Made by a program: the position numbers and the translations under genes
NCBI RefSeq assembly: GCF_004010195.1
Contig: NC_057728.1
Location: 50,191,849-50,236,588, forward strand
DNA from: Chiloscyllium plagiosum
Taxonomy: Eukaryota
DNA length: 44,740 bases
Direction: 5' to 3'
Shown: positions 1 to 12,016 of the stretch, piece by piece
Layout: every line of letters starts with the position of its first letter
Numbering within the stretch: the stretch's first letter is position 1
The notes under the pieces: generated by a model
What the model saw: only the letters and a program-made list of their open reading frames with translations
What the model was told of the DNA's origin: nothing
Database searches by the model: none

Positions 1-502
1 TGTGAAACTTGAAAGTTTTCAGAAAAGATTTACAAGGATATTGCCAGAGTTGGAGGATTTGAGATATAGGGAGAGGCTGAACAGGCTGGGGCTGTTTTCC
101 CTGGAGTGTCGGAGGCTGAGGGAGTGACCTTATAAAGGTTTACAAAATTATGAGGGGCATGGATAGGATAAATAGGCAAAGTCTTTTCCCTGGGGTTGGT
201 GAGTCCAGAACTAGAGGGCATAGGTTTAGGGTGAGAGGGGAAAGATATAAAAGAGACCTAAGGGGCAACTTTTTCACGCAGAGGGTGGTACGTGTATGGA
301 ATGAGCTGCCAGAGGATGTGGTGGAGGCTGGTACAATTGCAACATTTAAGAGGCATTTGGATGGGTATATGAATAGGAAGGGTTTGGAGGGATATGGGCC
401 GGGCGCTGGCAGGTGGGACTAGATTGGGTTGGGATATCTGGTCGGCATGGACTGGTTGGACCGAAGGGTCTGTTTCCATGCTGTACATCTCTATGACTCT
501 AT
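1..502 (+). mobile_element. CR1-clade (HER1-like) LINE 3' end, young copy, cut by the window start
   Basis: ORF2 C-terminus ...RTRGHRFRVRGERYKRDLRGNFFTQRVVRVWNELP... (ORF 150..422), typical of CR1; conserved 3' UTR ending in a ctatgactctat tail. Confidence 0.95.
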
Positions 503-1619
503 CTCCCTTTCCACCATCAAATATTTCTGCTGAGTTGCACTCAATTTCTTTGAACAATACCAAACAGGTAATTTGATCCCGATTATGTCTATGGTATCAT
601 GGCACTCACACCTATGTCACTTGCCATTTGAATGGCTTCTCACAATTCACTGCTGATAAAGACAGTGGGTCAGCCGAGCTTTCAAGTTGCCAAGAGCATC
701 CTGCCATTGTTAGGTCTATTCAAATGTTCTGCTTTTCTAACAAATGCATTCAAGGAGCCAAGGCAGTGCTGAAATTTATAAGCAGCTTCCAATAAAAATT
801 CACTCATTAATAAATTGCAAAATTGTCTCACCTCATCTCACTGAAGTGAGACCAAATATAAAGTCTCATTGGTTGTAAGTTTCAGTTTTTTCAACTTTTG
901 TGTAGTAACAAGTGGGTTTCCTGTGTATCTGAACTTGTAAATATTTCCATAGCCATGGTTATTTCTTTTAAGTACATTTTAGAGACCTACTTTAGAATTA
1001 ATAGGTTTTTGTGAAACACCACAGAGTTTTGTTTAGCTTTTTTTGCGACATAGCAATCAGTTTGTTCGTTTTTGGAACTTGTTTTTTTAAGTTTAAGGGA
1101 AAAAGACAGTGTGAGTTATATTCCTTAGCGTAGTGAGTTCGTTTAGGTCTCAGACCAGAAGTGTTGGGATAAAACCATGAAGAGGTTATTTATGGATGGG
1201 TATGTTTGAGAACAGGTGTCTAAAAGATCCAAGCAAACGCTATTTGCTTTACATGTCTATAAATTAAAGTCACAAGTGACTTAAACCTTTTGAGGGACAT
1301 TGTATGAGTCATATTTTGGGGCACTACACAAAGTGCAGTTTGAGTTCTATACAAAAACAGTTGCTTTTCGTTCCAATTTAAAAATGGTGTTTTGAGATTA
1401 AACAAATTATACTTTCACTGTGTGCTGAAAATGCTTTGAATTGGTGTTATAAGTAGATAGTTTAATTTATTCTGTTTTACTTTCATTTCTTTTGTTCTAA
1501 ACTTATGCTTTGTTGTAAAGACAAAATCTACAGCATTGCATGCTTACATTTCAAGAAGAGATTACTTCTCTAAAACCAAAACAAAACCAAATATGATCCA
1601 TCAAGCCAGCTTTCAGTAC

Positions 1620-2880
1620 TGCTAGCAGCTGGAATCAGAGCAATGTCACATGGAGTGAAATGAATTAGCTGAAGACTGGTATCTAGGATGCTGGGGATCT
1701 CTGGAGGAGACTGTGATAAATCATTCACTCAGCAGTTCTGACTCAAGATTGGTGCAAATGCTTCAGCTTTAGCATTTGGTTTGACGCACTGGGCTCCCCC
1801 ATTATTAACGATGGGAATATTTGTGGAGCCTCCTTTACTGAGTTGTTTAATTGTCCCCTGCCATTCACAACTGATGTGGCAGGACTGCAGATCTTAGACC
1901 TAATCCACTGGCTGTGAAATCGATTAGCTGTGCCTGTCACTTACTGCTTGTTCTGTTTGATACACATAGCCAGAGACTATTTCCCAGGGCAGAAATGGCT
2001 AACACAAGGGGTCATAGTTTTAAGCTGGTTGGAGGAAAGTATAGAGGGGATGTCAGAGGCGGGTTCTTTACACAGAGAGTTGTGAGAGCATGGAATGCAT
2101 TGCCAGCAGCAGTTGTGAAAGCAAGGTCATTGGGGACATTTCAGAGACTGCTGGACATGCATATGGTCACAGAAGTTTGAGGGTGCATACATGACGATCA
2201 ATGATCGGCACAACATCGTGGGCTGAAGGGCCTGTTCTGTGCTGTACTGTTCTATGTTCTATGTTCTATGGTCCTGTTTTGGACCTTCACCAGGTTGGCA
2301 CCTCATTGTAAGATTTTCCTGGTGCTGCATTTTCCATTGAACCGTGGTTGAGTCCCTGGCTTGATGATAGTAATAGAGTGGGGGACATAACACTCTTGGA
2401 CTCTATTGGAATACAGCTCCACTGTAGTTGATAACCCACAATGCCTCATGGATGCCCAGTCTTGAGTTGCTAGATCTATTTGGTCTCTCAATTAGCATGG
2501 TGACAGTGTAATACAACATGATGGTGGTCATTGATGTGAAGGTAGGACTTTCTCTTCACAAGGACTGTCTGGTGATCACTCTTACTGATAGGGTCATGGA
2601 CAGATGCATTGGCAGCAAGCAGATTGATGAGGATCAGGTTAAGTATGCTTTTCTCTCTTGTTGGTTCCCACACTACATGCCACAGAATCCGTCTGGCAGC
2701 TACGTCCTTTAGGACCCGAACAATTCGGTCAGTAGTGGTGCTCATATAACACCCTTGATTATCAACATTGACACCCCCACCCAAAGTATATTCTGCGCCC
2801 TTGCCAGCCTCACTGCTTCCTCCAAGTAATGTTCAACATGGAGGAGCATTGATTCATCAGCTCAGAATGCATGATAAATG
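1620..2880 (-). mobile_element. Old CR1/L2-group LINE fragment (apurinic endonuclease region and linker)
   Basis: ORF 2488..2784 contains VVWEPTREKSILNLIL...ISKSDHQTVLV, matching LINE APE motifs (PTR..ILDL / SDH); interrupted by a younger CR1 end. Confidence 0.75.
1971..2270 (+). mobile_element. CR1 3' end (second subfamily) nested in the older LINE
   Basis: LFPRAEMANTRGHSFKLVGGKYRGDVRGGFFTQRVVRAWNALP; (ttctatg)n tail at ~2250-2270. Confidence 0.9.
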
Positions 2881-3073
2881 TGGCTCAAACCATCAACACC
2901 ATCAGAAATCCTCCATCCAACTGAGATTACAAAAGGTCTGGACAACATGCTTTGTAAGCCAAGATTGACACTGCAAATATAAATATCATCCCTTTAACCA
3001 TGTTACACAAGATGTACTGTGGTACAGTCCACATGAGATAGCTGCTTACAATGGGTCTAACATTACGTACATT

Positions 3074-3156
3074 GATGTGGAAGTGCTGGTGTTGGACTGG
3101 GGTAGACAAAGTTAAAAATCACACAACACCAGGTTATAGTCTGGAAGCACTAACTT
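3074..3156 (-). mobile_element. Short terminal fragment of Penelope-type pLTR family B
   Basis: gttaaaaatcacacaacaccaggttatagtc is essentially the reverse complement of the end of the elements at 8183-8306 and 34586-34966. Confidence 0.7.
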
Positions 3157-3884
3157 AGGATATAAACCATCAAATATTTTATATAATTGCAACAGGCAGA
3201 CCATCTATTACTAGTCTACTGGCGTGAACAGGTCTATAATTACTACAGTCCATGAGTTGACAAAAACTCCCAGTTCCAGCATTAAAGATTTCAAACTGTA
3301 ATACTGATCCCATACCTTTTGGTTGCAAGTGAGTACAGCAGATTCATTAAGCTCTTATAAATGATGATCAGTTTCAAGATCATTTGGATCATGATTTGCC
3401 AATGGTTTAAACACATCAAACCATGCTACGAGGCTCATTTTAGACATTCAGAGATGAACTAGTTTCTTGATTAGTATTGATATCAAAGGTTACAGGGAGA
3501 AGACAGGAGAATGGGGTTGAGAAATAGATCAGCCGTGATCATATGGTGCAAATTCAATGGGCCCAATGGTCAAATTCTGGTTTTATGGTGTCCCAGATTG
3601 TGATTTTAAGGGGAAGACAGCTCACAATTCTGCAAACACTAAGCCAAGACACACTAGACCATTATGTCCAGGTCACATCAGCGCAGAAAATAACCAAGGA
3701 TTGGTGTGAGTCCATGTATTGACTGATCAAAAATAAGGCCATCAATCAACTAATGAAACATGTCAATTGCATTAACCTCACAAACCCCCCCTTTCCTCTT
3801 GTGATTGCTTCTGAGCCATGTGTAATATTGCGACTGATATTTTCCGAGTCCCAACACACTATTACACTCAAAGTTTGGGTAAAG

Positions 3885-4370
3885 GTTTGGTGCAGGAAAA
3901 ACTTGGTGTACAAGATTCCATGCAGGGATTGCATGAAACGTGATGTAGGACAAACAGGCAGACAACTCACAATCCACATTCACGAATATTAACTAGCCAC
4001 TAACCGCCACAATCAGCTGTCCCAGTAGTTATACACACAAATGGCAAGGACCACAAATGCGACTGGGACAACACAACAATCATAGAACAAGCCAAACAGA
4101 GGACAGCCAGAGAATTTTTAGATGCATAGCATTCATCCACAGAGTCCATCAATAAACACATTGACATAAACCCAATATAATGACCACTGCAACAAACTAT
4201 CAGAATCAGCAACCGGAAAAAACAGGAATGAAACCAAATAAATTCCGCCCGACACAGTACAGCAATGCTTCACAGGAGGCTCTCAAAACTGAGGATGTCA
4301 CCTGGAAAAGGGAGGAAATGTCCACAAACCAACTTCCCAGCTCTGTGAACATACCCACAGCAACTACACG
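3885..4370 (+). mobile_element. Penelope-like element 3' part: decayed GIY-YIG endonuclease plus pLTR with degenerate HHR (family D)
   Basis: NLVYKIPCRDCMKRDVGQTGRQLTIHIHE fits the PLE GIY-YIG consensus (VVY.IPC..C...YIGQTGR.L..RI.EH); then DWDNTTII...REFL; ctgagga-tgtcacctggaaaagggag-gaaatgtc at 4289-4322. Confidence 0.85.
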
Positions 4371-4671
4371 ATTACACTCTGGTCACTAATGACTTCATTA
4401 TATTCCCTTTTACTTAAACAATCAAAGACTCTTCTTGATACGTATACAGTATGCTTGGTGCACCTCACCAAATTGTACACCGTGTATATAGAAAGTGGGA
4501 TGTTCAATGTATTATCTTTTCATCTCACTATCCTTCACTGAATAGAATGCACTGAATGGAGGAAGAAATCCATAAATGCCAAGTGGCTTGCTAAGGTTTT
4601 CAGATAGTTATGCTAATTCAACAAGGTAGGCATCCTTGCAAGAGGATTCGCAGTAGGGTTAAAATCAACTA

Positions 4672-4728
4672 GGCAAAAACAATGACTGCAGATGCTGGAA
4701 ACCAGATTCTGGATTAGAGTGCTGCTGG
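4672..4728 (-). mobile_element. Short pLTR tail fragment (family A-related)
   Basis: gactgcagatgctggaaaccagattctggattagagtg is the reverse-complement counterpart of 5941-5990. Confidence 0.65.
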
Positions 4729-5569
4729 TTCAACAAGCTAATTCTCAAGGCAATTGTTTACCATCAACTGCAACTCTCTGAACTTGAACAATTCACATGT
4801 TTGCGAGACAAATCCACACAGTTCATCTCTCCCCCACACACACCATCCAGCCACATGCATGTGACACATTGTTGCAAAGAAGGAAGAAAATGGTCCAGGC
4901 AGATGATTATTCCCAACAGGCACCAGAACAAAACATATCATTCCTGGACTTTCACATCAACACATCAGTTCAGGCAGAGATATATGTTATTCTGTCCAGC
5001 CAAGGCAGTATGACATTTTATGAGCAATGGTGAAGTTTTACAAAGAAGTAGGCAATGCACTGGAACTGCATATCCAGAACTGCTTCAACTGCTCAGCACA
5101 CAGCATGATGAAGCAAATGCTGAAGATATCACTCCAGACAACAACCACACACACCTACAACAAATCAACAGATAGCACATGGCAGAATTAAACTTCACTG
5201 CCAAGTCATGATAACTAGCTTAGGAGCAGGTCTGTTTGTGTTGTGTGTCCACAAAGGCATCATCTGAATGTACCACAACAGTTACATATCTACATGCTTT
5301 GTTTATGTTATCAGAAAAGGATTACCATTCCTTAAATAGATAAGTAGGGCTGTTGTACTATGGCACAGATCTGTACCTTTATGTCAAATACATGCCACCA
5401 TAACACGTCATGTTCCAATATAAAGCTACTTGCCTTGCTTGTCATCTCTCACTGTATAATGGAGATAATGTAGTTAGTCAGTGCTTGTGTATAATGTGTT
5501 AGATTTGGGCGGTTTGTGATCACAGTTACTTAATATAGGCAGTTGACCAATTGTCATCTCACATCAAGA

Positions 5570-6130
5570 TGCTCCTACACAGTCCCAATTCACACCAATC
5601 TGTTCCAACACAGTTCTGAATCCACACAAACACATCCCCTTAATCCACAACAACACACATCTACACACTCCCAAATCAGACCAACAAGCTTCACCCAGTG
5701 TTAAATCACACCAACATGTTCCAAAACACCCCCAATCCACAACACACTCTCATTCACTGCAAAATCAAACCAGCCTACCCCAGACCAAAGCAGTTTACAG
5801 TCCATTATAATCCAGTTTACATCATTCCGGCACTCCTCCATTACCAAAACGTCAGGCTCAGCACACTTACAGCTCTGTCCTGACACTCTACCACAATAGA
5901 TCCACACCCACTTGGATGCTGCCTGACCTGCTGTGCTTTTCCAGCACCACTCTAATCCAGACTCGGGTTTCCGGCATCTGCAGTCCTCGTTTTTACCCCA
6001 TAGACCCACACCCAACCAGCAATTCCACCCACGCACCTACAACAACGTCACAGAACACCCCCCACTACACACACAACTCATCTCGCACCTACTTAAACTT
6101 CCCATGCACTCTGTGCACTCACACTCCAGA
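5570..6130. repeat. C/A-rich low-complexity tract
   Basis: Strong strand asymmetry with cac/acac/cccc/aaac runs and few G. Confidence 0.5.
5911..5999 (+). mobile_element. 5'-truncated pLTR (family A) insertion with 15-bp TSD
   Basis: ggatgctgcctgacctgctgtgcttttccagcacc...catctgcagtcctc; flanked by atagatccacaccca (5896-5910) and atagacccacaccca (6000-6014). Confidence 0.8.
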
Positions 6131-6426
6131 GGCTGGGTAATAAAAAGGGCTAGATAGGTTAACGTCCAACCCCACCCCCCCACCATTAGAGTCTGCAAGA
6201 GGAAGTTGTCTGTATAATTTCCTAAAGCAATCTACTCCCAGCCCTCAATTTCCTACTGTTCATCCTTCAGGGTTACCCTGCAGCCAGCCCAATAAATGAG
6301 ATTCTTTCACCACAGAAATCAAATATTAAAAATAATACAGCCTTTCTCCCACTCTGCTGATTGACGCTGTCTCTGGTCTTCGAACCGACAAGCCCACATG
6401 TGGGAGTCAGAGAACCTCACAGTGAC

Positions 6427-6470
6427 ATGGCCTACTTTTCAGAGAGTCGCAGAACCTGGTGGTTTCTTGA
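6427..6470 (+). CDS. Candidate coding exon 1 of an unidentified small gene (MAYFSESRRTWWFL+ga)
   Basis: ATG in gacATGG context, open frame to a consensus GTGAGT donor at 6471; repeat-free, relatively CpG-retaining region. Confidence 0.4.
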
Positions 6471-6854
6471 GTGAGTCCGTCCCTTTCCCAGCGTTGTGTC
6501 ACGCCATTCCCAAGATCATTATCACAGATGATTGAAAAGTGGAAAACGCAAATGATTAACCTGAAATACATCAAGGTTTGATATAAAAGACCAAATTGTG
6601 AGAAAAGGGTCGCATACGTAATATAACATTATTTGATGTGCTATCTTCAAATTAATAGGTACCCAAAAAAACAATAAAATACAAAAGTACTGACATTTGC
6701 AGCAACTTTATTTGAAACTAATCTGACAGTAAAAATGTTCGCCTTAAACGAAATTAGCATTTGGTATTTAGAACTAATTTGTCAAAAGAGATAAAAATCT
6801 ATGAATTCCTGGCAAAATGTAAGTCCAACACACCCATGATTTATTCAGAATTCC

Positions 6855-7300
6855 AGCTAATGTGGTTTGTGAACGACAGGTGATAAAGAGTGTATTTAAG
6901 AACTTCCATCAGCACTGACTCACTCTCCTGCTGAATAATAAACGAGCCCTGACACCAGTCAGATAACTTGTACTGTCTCCATAACCCTTCAGGGTTATCA
7001 GCCCTAATGAATGTGTGCATGTATTCTTTTCAAATCCACACGCATCCGTAATTTACATATCAGGATAAGCACAGCGTGTGGTCTAACCTTTGTTTGAGTG
7101 ACATAAGCAGTAATTAGTTTTGAAAGCATATATGCGTAATTACTCGAGAAGCATTTGTAAAAAGGCTGCTTTAAACTAGCTTTATAACGCTTACAATTCC
7201 CCCTACAAAACTGTCCAAACAGTGCCTCGGAGTCACCGATTTTAAATAACTTTGCATCCCATCCAGCCTGTGCGCGATTCGAGAACTACGTGACTCACTC
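6855..7300. promoter_or_regulatory. Putative enhancer motif cluster (RUNX, E-box/GATA, AP-1)
   Basis: TGTGGTT 6861, CAGGTG overlapping TGATAA 6877-6886, TGACTCA 6916 and 7291, AGATAA 6961, TTATCA 6995, TGTGGT 7077. Confidence 0.3.
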
Positions 7301-7398
7301 ATCTTCACTTACATCTTGCGCTCTCTCACCGTAAATTGCAACAGTCACCTGAGTGACCATTTCACCCCCTCCCCATCTCTGTAATCTCATCGCACCAG

Positions 7399-7636
7399 GC
7401 GCCATTCACTTTCCCTTGAATTGCTGGAGAAAGAAATTGAAGGATTTTATGCCCCGTCATTTTCTCACGACAGGCCTTTGCAACAAAGTGAGAAGGTCGT
7501 TGAAAAATCTCTTCCCGCTTGTATATCAAGTGGTACATTAAGTCTGTATCTCTCTCAGTGTTTCCATGGTTCCTTGATCCTCCAGCAGCACTTGCAACAG
7601 GCAACACTGAGTTATTCTGTCCATACGCAATGCTAA
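7399..7636 (+). CDS. Candidate exon 2 (terminal, or ending at an alternative GTGAGA donor at 7488)
   Basis: Pyrimidine-rich tract and CAG acceptor at 7396-7398; phase matches exon 1 and gives the open frame of ORF 7421..7636; TAA followed by AATAAA at 7648-7653 and a T-rich stretch at ~7681-7700. Confidence 0.4.
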
Positions 7637-7704
7637 CAGAAGCATCCAATAAAACAAGTTACATAAAACCTCTTCCAATCATTTTTGTTCTTTTATTTTT
7701 GGAA

Positions 7705-8010
7705 TTAGATTAGATTTCCTACAGTGTGGAAACAGGCCCTTTGGCCCAACCAGTCCATATCAACCCTCCGAAGAGTAACCCACCCAGACCTATTGCCTTC
7801 TGACTAATGCACCTAAGACTATGGGCAATTGAGCACAGCCAATTCACTTAACCTGCACATCTTTGGACTATGGGAGGAACCCGGAGAAAACCCACACAGA
7901 CACGAGGAGAATGTGCAAACTCCACACAGACAGTCACCCAAGGCTGGAATCGAACCCAGAACCCTGGTGCTATGAGGCAGCTGTGCTAACCACTGTGCCA
8001 TCGTGCCACC
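7705..8010 (-). mobile_element. HE1-type (V-SINE superfamily) tRNA-derived SINE
   Basis: Minus strand begins ggcacgatggcacagtggttagcac (A box)...gggttcgattcc (B box); central tgtgtggagtttgcacattctcc domain; CR1-like 3' end with a tctaa tail. Confidence 0.9.
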
Positions 8011-8182
8011 ACAAATGTGGGGATGTGGGAGTTCCTGGCATTTATTGTCCATCCTCTCAGTGTCTTTGAGAGGATGGTGATGAGTTCCAAACGCTGGTAG
8101 AATCAATTCTAATAGAGGAAAGACTTAATAGCAATCTAGGTTTGTTCAATATAACGTATCAATTGCATGACTCTATGATCTT

Positions 8183-8306
8183 GTGCTATAAATTCTGTGT
8201 CTTATGATCCTGTCCCACTAGCTACCTGACAAAGGAGCAGCGCTCCGAAAGCTAGAGCTCTCAAATAAACCTGTTAGACAAAACTTGGTGTTGTGTGATT
8301 TTTAAC
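8183..8306 (+). mobile_element. pLTR family B fragment with decayed HHR core
   Basis: ctgacaa-a-GGAGC-agc-GCTCC-gaa-AGCT-a at 8226-8254; 3' end matches 34900-34965. Confidence 0.75.
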
Positions 8307-8408
8307 GTAGCTGTTTAAGACAGAGCTCACCATCAAAATGTCATCATAAAATTAGAATCTGAATTCAGTTTGAAAGAGGAACAAAGTGTGAATGAAAAAC
8401 TAAACGTG

Positions 8409-8641
8409 TGTAATGATTGTAATGTGGTCAGCCAGCTGGATCTTATAGATTATGTGTTCCCCAATTGGGGCTGTTAATCTGGTCCAATCATGGAGCCCTG
8501 GCTGACATTAGTAAAAAAAAGGATGAGTGTCAGAGATACTGAGAGCTGACTCTGAAACAGGCAATACTGTAGTCAAGGTCTGTTCATGTGTAAATAAAGG
8601 GTGATGTGGTGATGGGATACTGAGGCTGTGGAGTTACTTCA
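8409..8641 (+). mobile_element. Short solo-LTR-like element (TG...CA)
   Basis: Starts tgtaatgattgtaa, contains aataaa, ends ttacttca; homologous inverted copy at 39354-39588. Confidence 0.65.
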
Positions 8642-8699
8642 GTGTGAACATGCGGCTTGTCAGACTAGTTCTCTGATGCCTTTCTTAGTTGATAGCCTC

Positions 8700-9115
8700 T
8701 GGGTTAGAAAGCTGCCTGTAGCAGACCTGAACCTAGGGCCTTCAGCATTCAAATCCAGTCTGACCCTCAGGGTGCAGTCACTGAGCGAGTGCTGCAGTGT
8801 CAGAAGTGCCGTCTTTAGAAGGTGACATTAAACGGCTGCCCCCTCAGGTGGATATAAAAATCCTGGGGCACTATTTTGAAGAAGGATAAAGTAGTTCTCC
8901 CTAGCAACCAGACCCAGGCTCATCCCTCACTCAACATCACAATAAGATTAGCTGGTCATTATCAATGTGCAGTATAGCATGCTGTGCTCAACCCAACCCC
9001 AAGGTGTCCCCCATTTCCTACATTGTAGAGTGACTTTATTTGCATTGGCTTTAAAGCACTCTGGCAAGTGCAGTGGTGGTGAAAGATGCTACATTAATCC
9101 ATGCCTTTCTTTTTG
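8700..9115 (+). mobile_element. Deu-domain SINE (SacSINE1/AmnSINE-like), old
   Basis: gagtgctgcagtgtcagaagtgccgtcttt...tcaggtggatataaaaatcc...ggcactattttgaagaag and 3' gtgaaagatgctacattaatccatgcctttcttt. Confidence 0.7.
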
Positions 9116-10096
9116 TGGAGTGATGGGAACCTGTGGTGCCTATATGTGTCTTCAGTCCCACATTAACATGGTGCACGTAAATGTTGTGGGACTTTCCCAA
9201 TAACCACTGCTGGCACCTTGTGTATTAGCCACCTCTACCAGAGGTACAGGATAAGATCTATCTGAGGTAGTTTGCTACCACCAATCCTCCTTCGCTTTGC
9301 TTTGTCTTGGGCCTACGTAGTTATTAGTTATGAAGGACACACTAACATAGAATCCACAAAAAAGTCAATAATCTTTGATACATGAATATTTATTGTGTAT
9401 TAGCAATAAGTACAGTGCATTTTGTCAGGCATCATTACAAGGACCTTAGGGTGTTTGTGCAAATCCATCCACTCTCTCCAAAAGCTAGAGTAGACTTCCT
9501 CATCTCCATTCACAGGCTGTGTATGAAATCAGTAGAATGGGTGGAGCTAATATATCATGAACATTAACCCCTTCAGAACCATTACCTCATACAACATCTC
9601 CCTCAAAACATTTTTTCTGTAGTTACTCCATTCTGAAATCATGGATTTGACCATGTTGCTTTATCACTGTCATGTATGCATCTGTGTTTCTGACTTTACA
9701 AAGGTTTCTTGCATCAGGACTGTTGAGTTTGGTTCTGATCTGTGAATTATTTCTGTACTGAAGGATCTTTTATCTCTCAGATATCCTGTATGATCCACAT
9801 CATATCTGGTTTGGATATGATACCACTAGGAATAGTTGACATGCCTTATCCAAGGGTGTTAATGAGTCATATCTTGGTTTCCTGGGATTGCTTCCAACGA
9901 TGCTCACTGCAAGGTATTCACTTCTTTATTCAAGTAAGCATTCTTAGTTCTCTGCTCCAAACAATGTTTTTGACTTTTGCACATTCTCTGGTTATGTCTT
10001 TCTTAAAAAAATAACTTACATTGGCATGATATAGTTGGACATCATTCCTGTTTGTATGGATTTTTTTTACTCCTTTTCTGGAACAGTGCAGTTAGA

Positions 10097-11450
10097 CCAT
10101 AGAACCCCATAAGACTATAAGATATAGGAACAGAATTAGGCCATTTGGCCCATCAAGTCTACTCCACCATTCAACATGGCTGACATGTTTCTCAGCCTCA
10201 TTCTCCTGCATTAGTCTCTTAACCTTTGAACCCCATAGTAATCAAGAACCTATTTGTTTAGATATACTCAAGTGACTTTGTCCCCACAGGCTTTTGTAGC
10301 AATGAGTTCCACAGATTAACCACCCTCTGGCTGAAGAAATTCCTTCTCATCTCAGTCCTAAAGGGTAGTTCCTTCACTCCGTGGAGGTGCCTTTGAGTCC
10401 CAGTCTCTCCTATTAGTGGAAACATCTGCTCCACATCCACATTACACAGGCTTCACAGTATTCTGTAACCTTTGATCAGATCCCCCCACATCCTTCGAAA
10501 CTCTATAGAGTACAGATCCATAATTAGATTAGATTAGATTAGATTAGATTAGATTTTTAGATTAGATTACTTACAGTGTGGAAACATGCCCTTCGGCCCA
10601 ACAAGTCCACACCGCCCCGCCGAAGCGCGACCCACCCATACCCTTACATTTACCCCTTACCTAACACTACGGGCAATTTAGCATGGCCAATTCACCTAAC
10701 CTGCACATCTTTTGGACTGTGGGAGGAAACCGGAGCACCCGGAGCAAACCCACGCAGACACGGGGAGAACGTGCAAACTCCACACAGTCAGTCGCCTGAG
10801 GCGGGAATTGAACCCGGGTCTCTGACGCTGTGAGGCAGCAGTGCTAACCACTGTGCCACCGTGCCGCCCATGGTGCCGCCCATCATCAATCACTCCTCAT
10901 ATGACAAGCCCTTCATCTGTGGGATCATTCTTGTGAACCACCTCTGGACCCACTCCAAGGCCAGCACATTCTTCCTGAGATATTGGACCCAAAACTGCTC
11001 ACAATATTCTAAATGTGGTCTGACCAGAGCTTTACATAGCCTTAGCAGGAGATCCCTGTTCTTATATTCTAAACCTCTTGAAATGAATGTTAATATTGCA
11101 TTTGCCTTCCTAACTGCCAACTGAAATTGTATGTTAACCTTAAGACAATCCTGAACTAGGACCCCTAAATCCTTTGTGCTTCAGATTTGTGAAGCCTTTC
11201 CCCATCTAGAAAATGTCTACTCCTCTATTATTCCTGCCAAAGTGAATAACGTCGCACTTCCCCAGCTTGTATTCTATCTGCCACTTTATTTCCTACACTC
11301 CAAGACTGTCCATATCCTTCTGCTGCCTCCTTGTTTCCTCAATGTTACCTGTCCCTTCACCAATTTTTGTATCATCTGCAAACTCAGCAACAATGCTGTC
11401 AGTTCCTTCATCCTGCACTAAATGACTAAAGATACGTTGTGTTGGTCCAT
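10097..11450 (-). mobile_element. CR1 LINE 3' portion (RT C-terminus to tail), interrupted by a SINE
   Basis: VAEFADDTKIG (RT motif), KANAILTFISRGLEYK...LVRPHLEYCEQFW, RRNFFSQRVVNLWNSL. Confidence 0.92.
10522..10883 (-). mobile_element. Young HE1-type SINE with long (TCTAA)n tail, nested in CR1
   Basis: (ttaga)n at ~10524-10568; CpG-rich body; A/B boxes on the minus strand; duplicated 5' ggcggcac head. Confidence 0.92.
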
Positions 11451-12016
11451 CATTTGATGTGTTGATGTTTTTATAGAGAGCTGACAAAGTCTGCTGATCT
11501 TCTTGAACTAGATTGACAATTAGTTCCCATCAATCTCTTGCACTATTGTCAGATTTCACCACTATCTGGTAGTTCTTTCCAATGTGAGATCCTCTTTTGA
11601 TTGATGGGACCAAATTAGTTCCAGCTGTAAATCACAAAATTCTGAAAATATTAAAGATTTTTAATAAAGTTGACAACAGGCTTTCCTGGAGCTGTATTTT
11701 TCTATTAAACCCTTCTCTCTCTCTCTCATTTATAGAGATGGTACTTGATGTAAGCTAATTTGCAAATACTCTTACAATATTATCAAATATATCTGTCTCT
11801 TCTCTTACAACATATCTTCTTAAAACAGGATCCACTATCAGGATCCACTATCAGATCTACAGATTACAGGAATATCATCATTAGTTTTTATCTGGGCTTC
11901 TTTTGTAGTCCTGGAGCAATTCTATATCACAAAATCTCCTTTCCAGACAATTCAGATTAATTCCTTGACTGAAGTAATTGTGATACCTTAAATCTGCTTG
12001 GAGATATAAACTGCTT

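Noticed and set aside
4740..5200. Possible very decayed Penelope RT (ISFLD motif); possible Gypsy pol traces at ~9600-10070 and ~11470-12000
   Set aside because: Motifs are too short and degenerate to support without a profile search.
7930..8010. tRNA-like A/B boxes (also ~10800, 12020, 24890, 29520, 42070)
   Set aside because: These are SINE heads continuing into SINE bodies; no complete cloverleaf is evident.
10522..10570. (TTAGA)n tract resembling a telomeric repeat
   Set aside because: It is the expanded (TCTAA)n tail of the adjacent minus-strand SINE, not TTAGGG.
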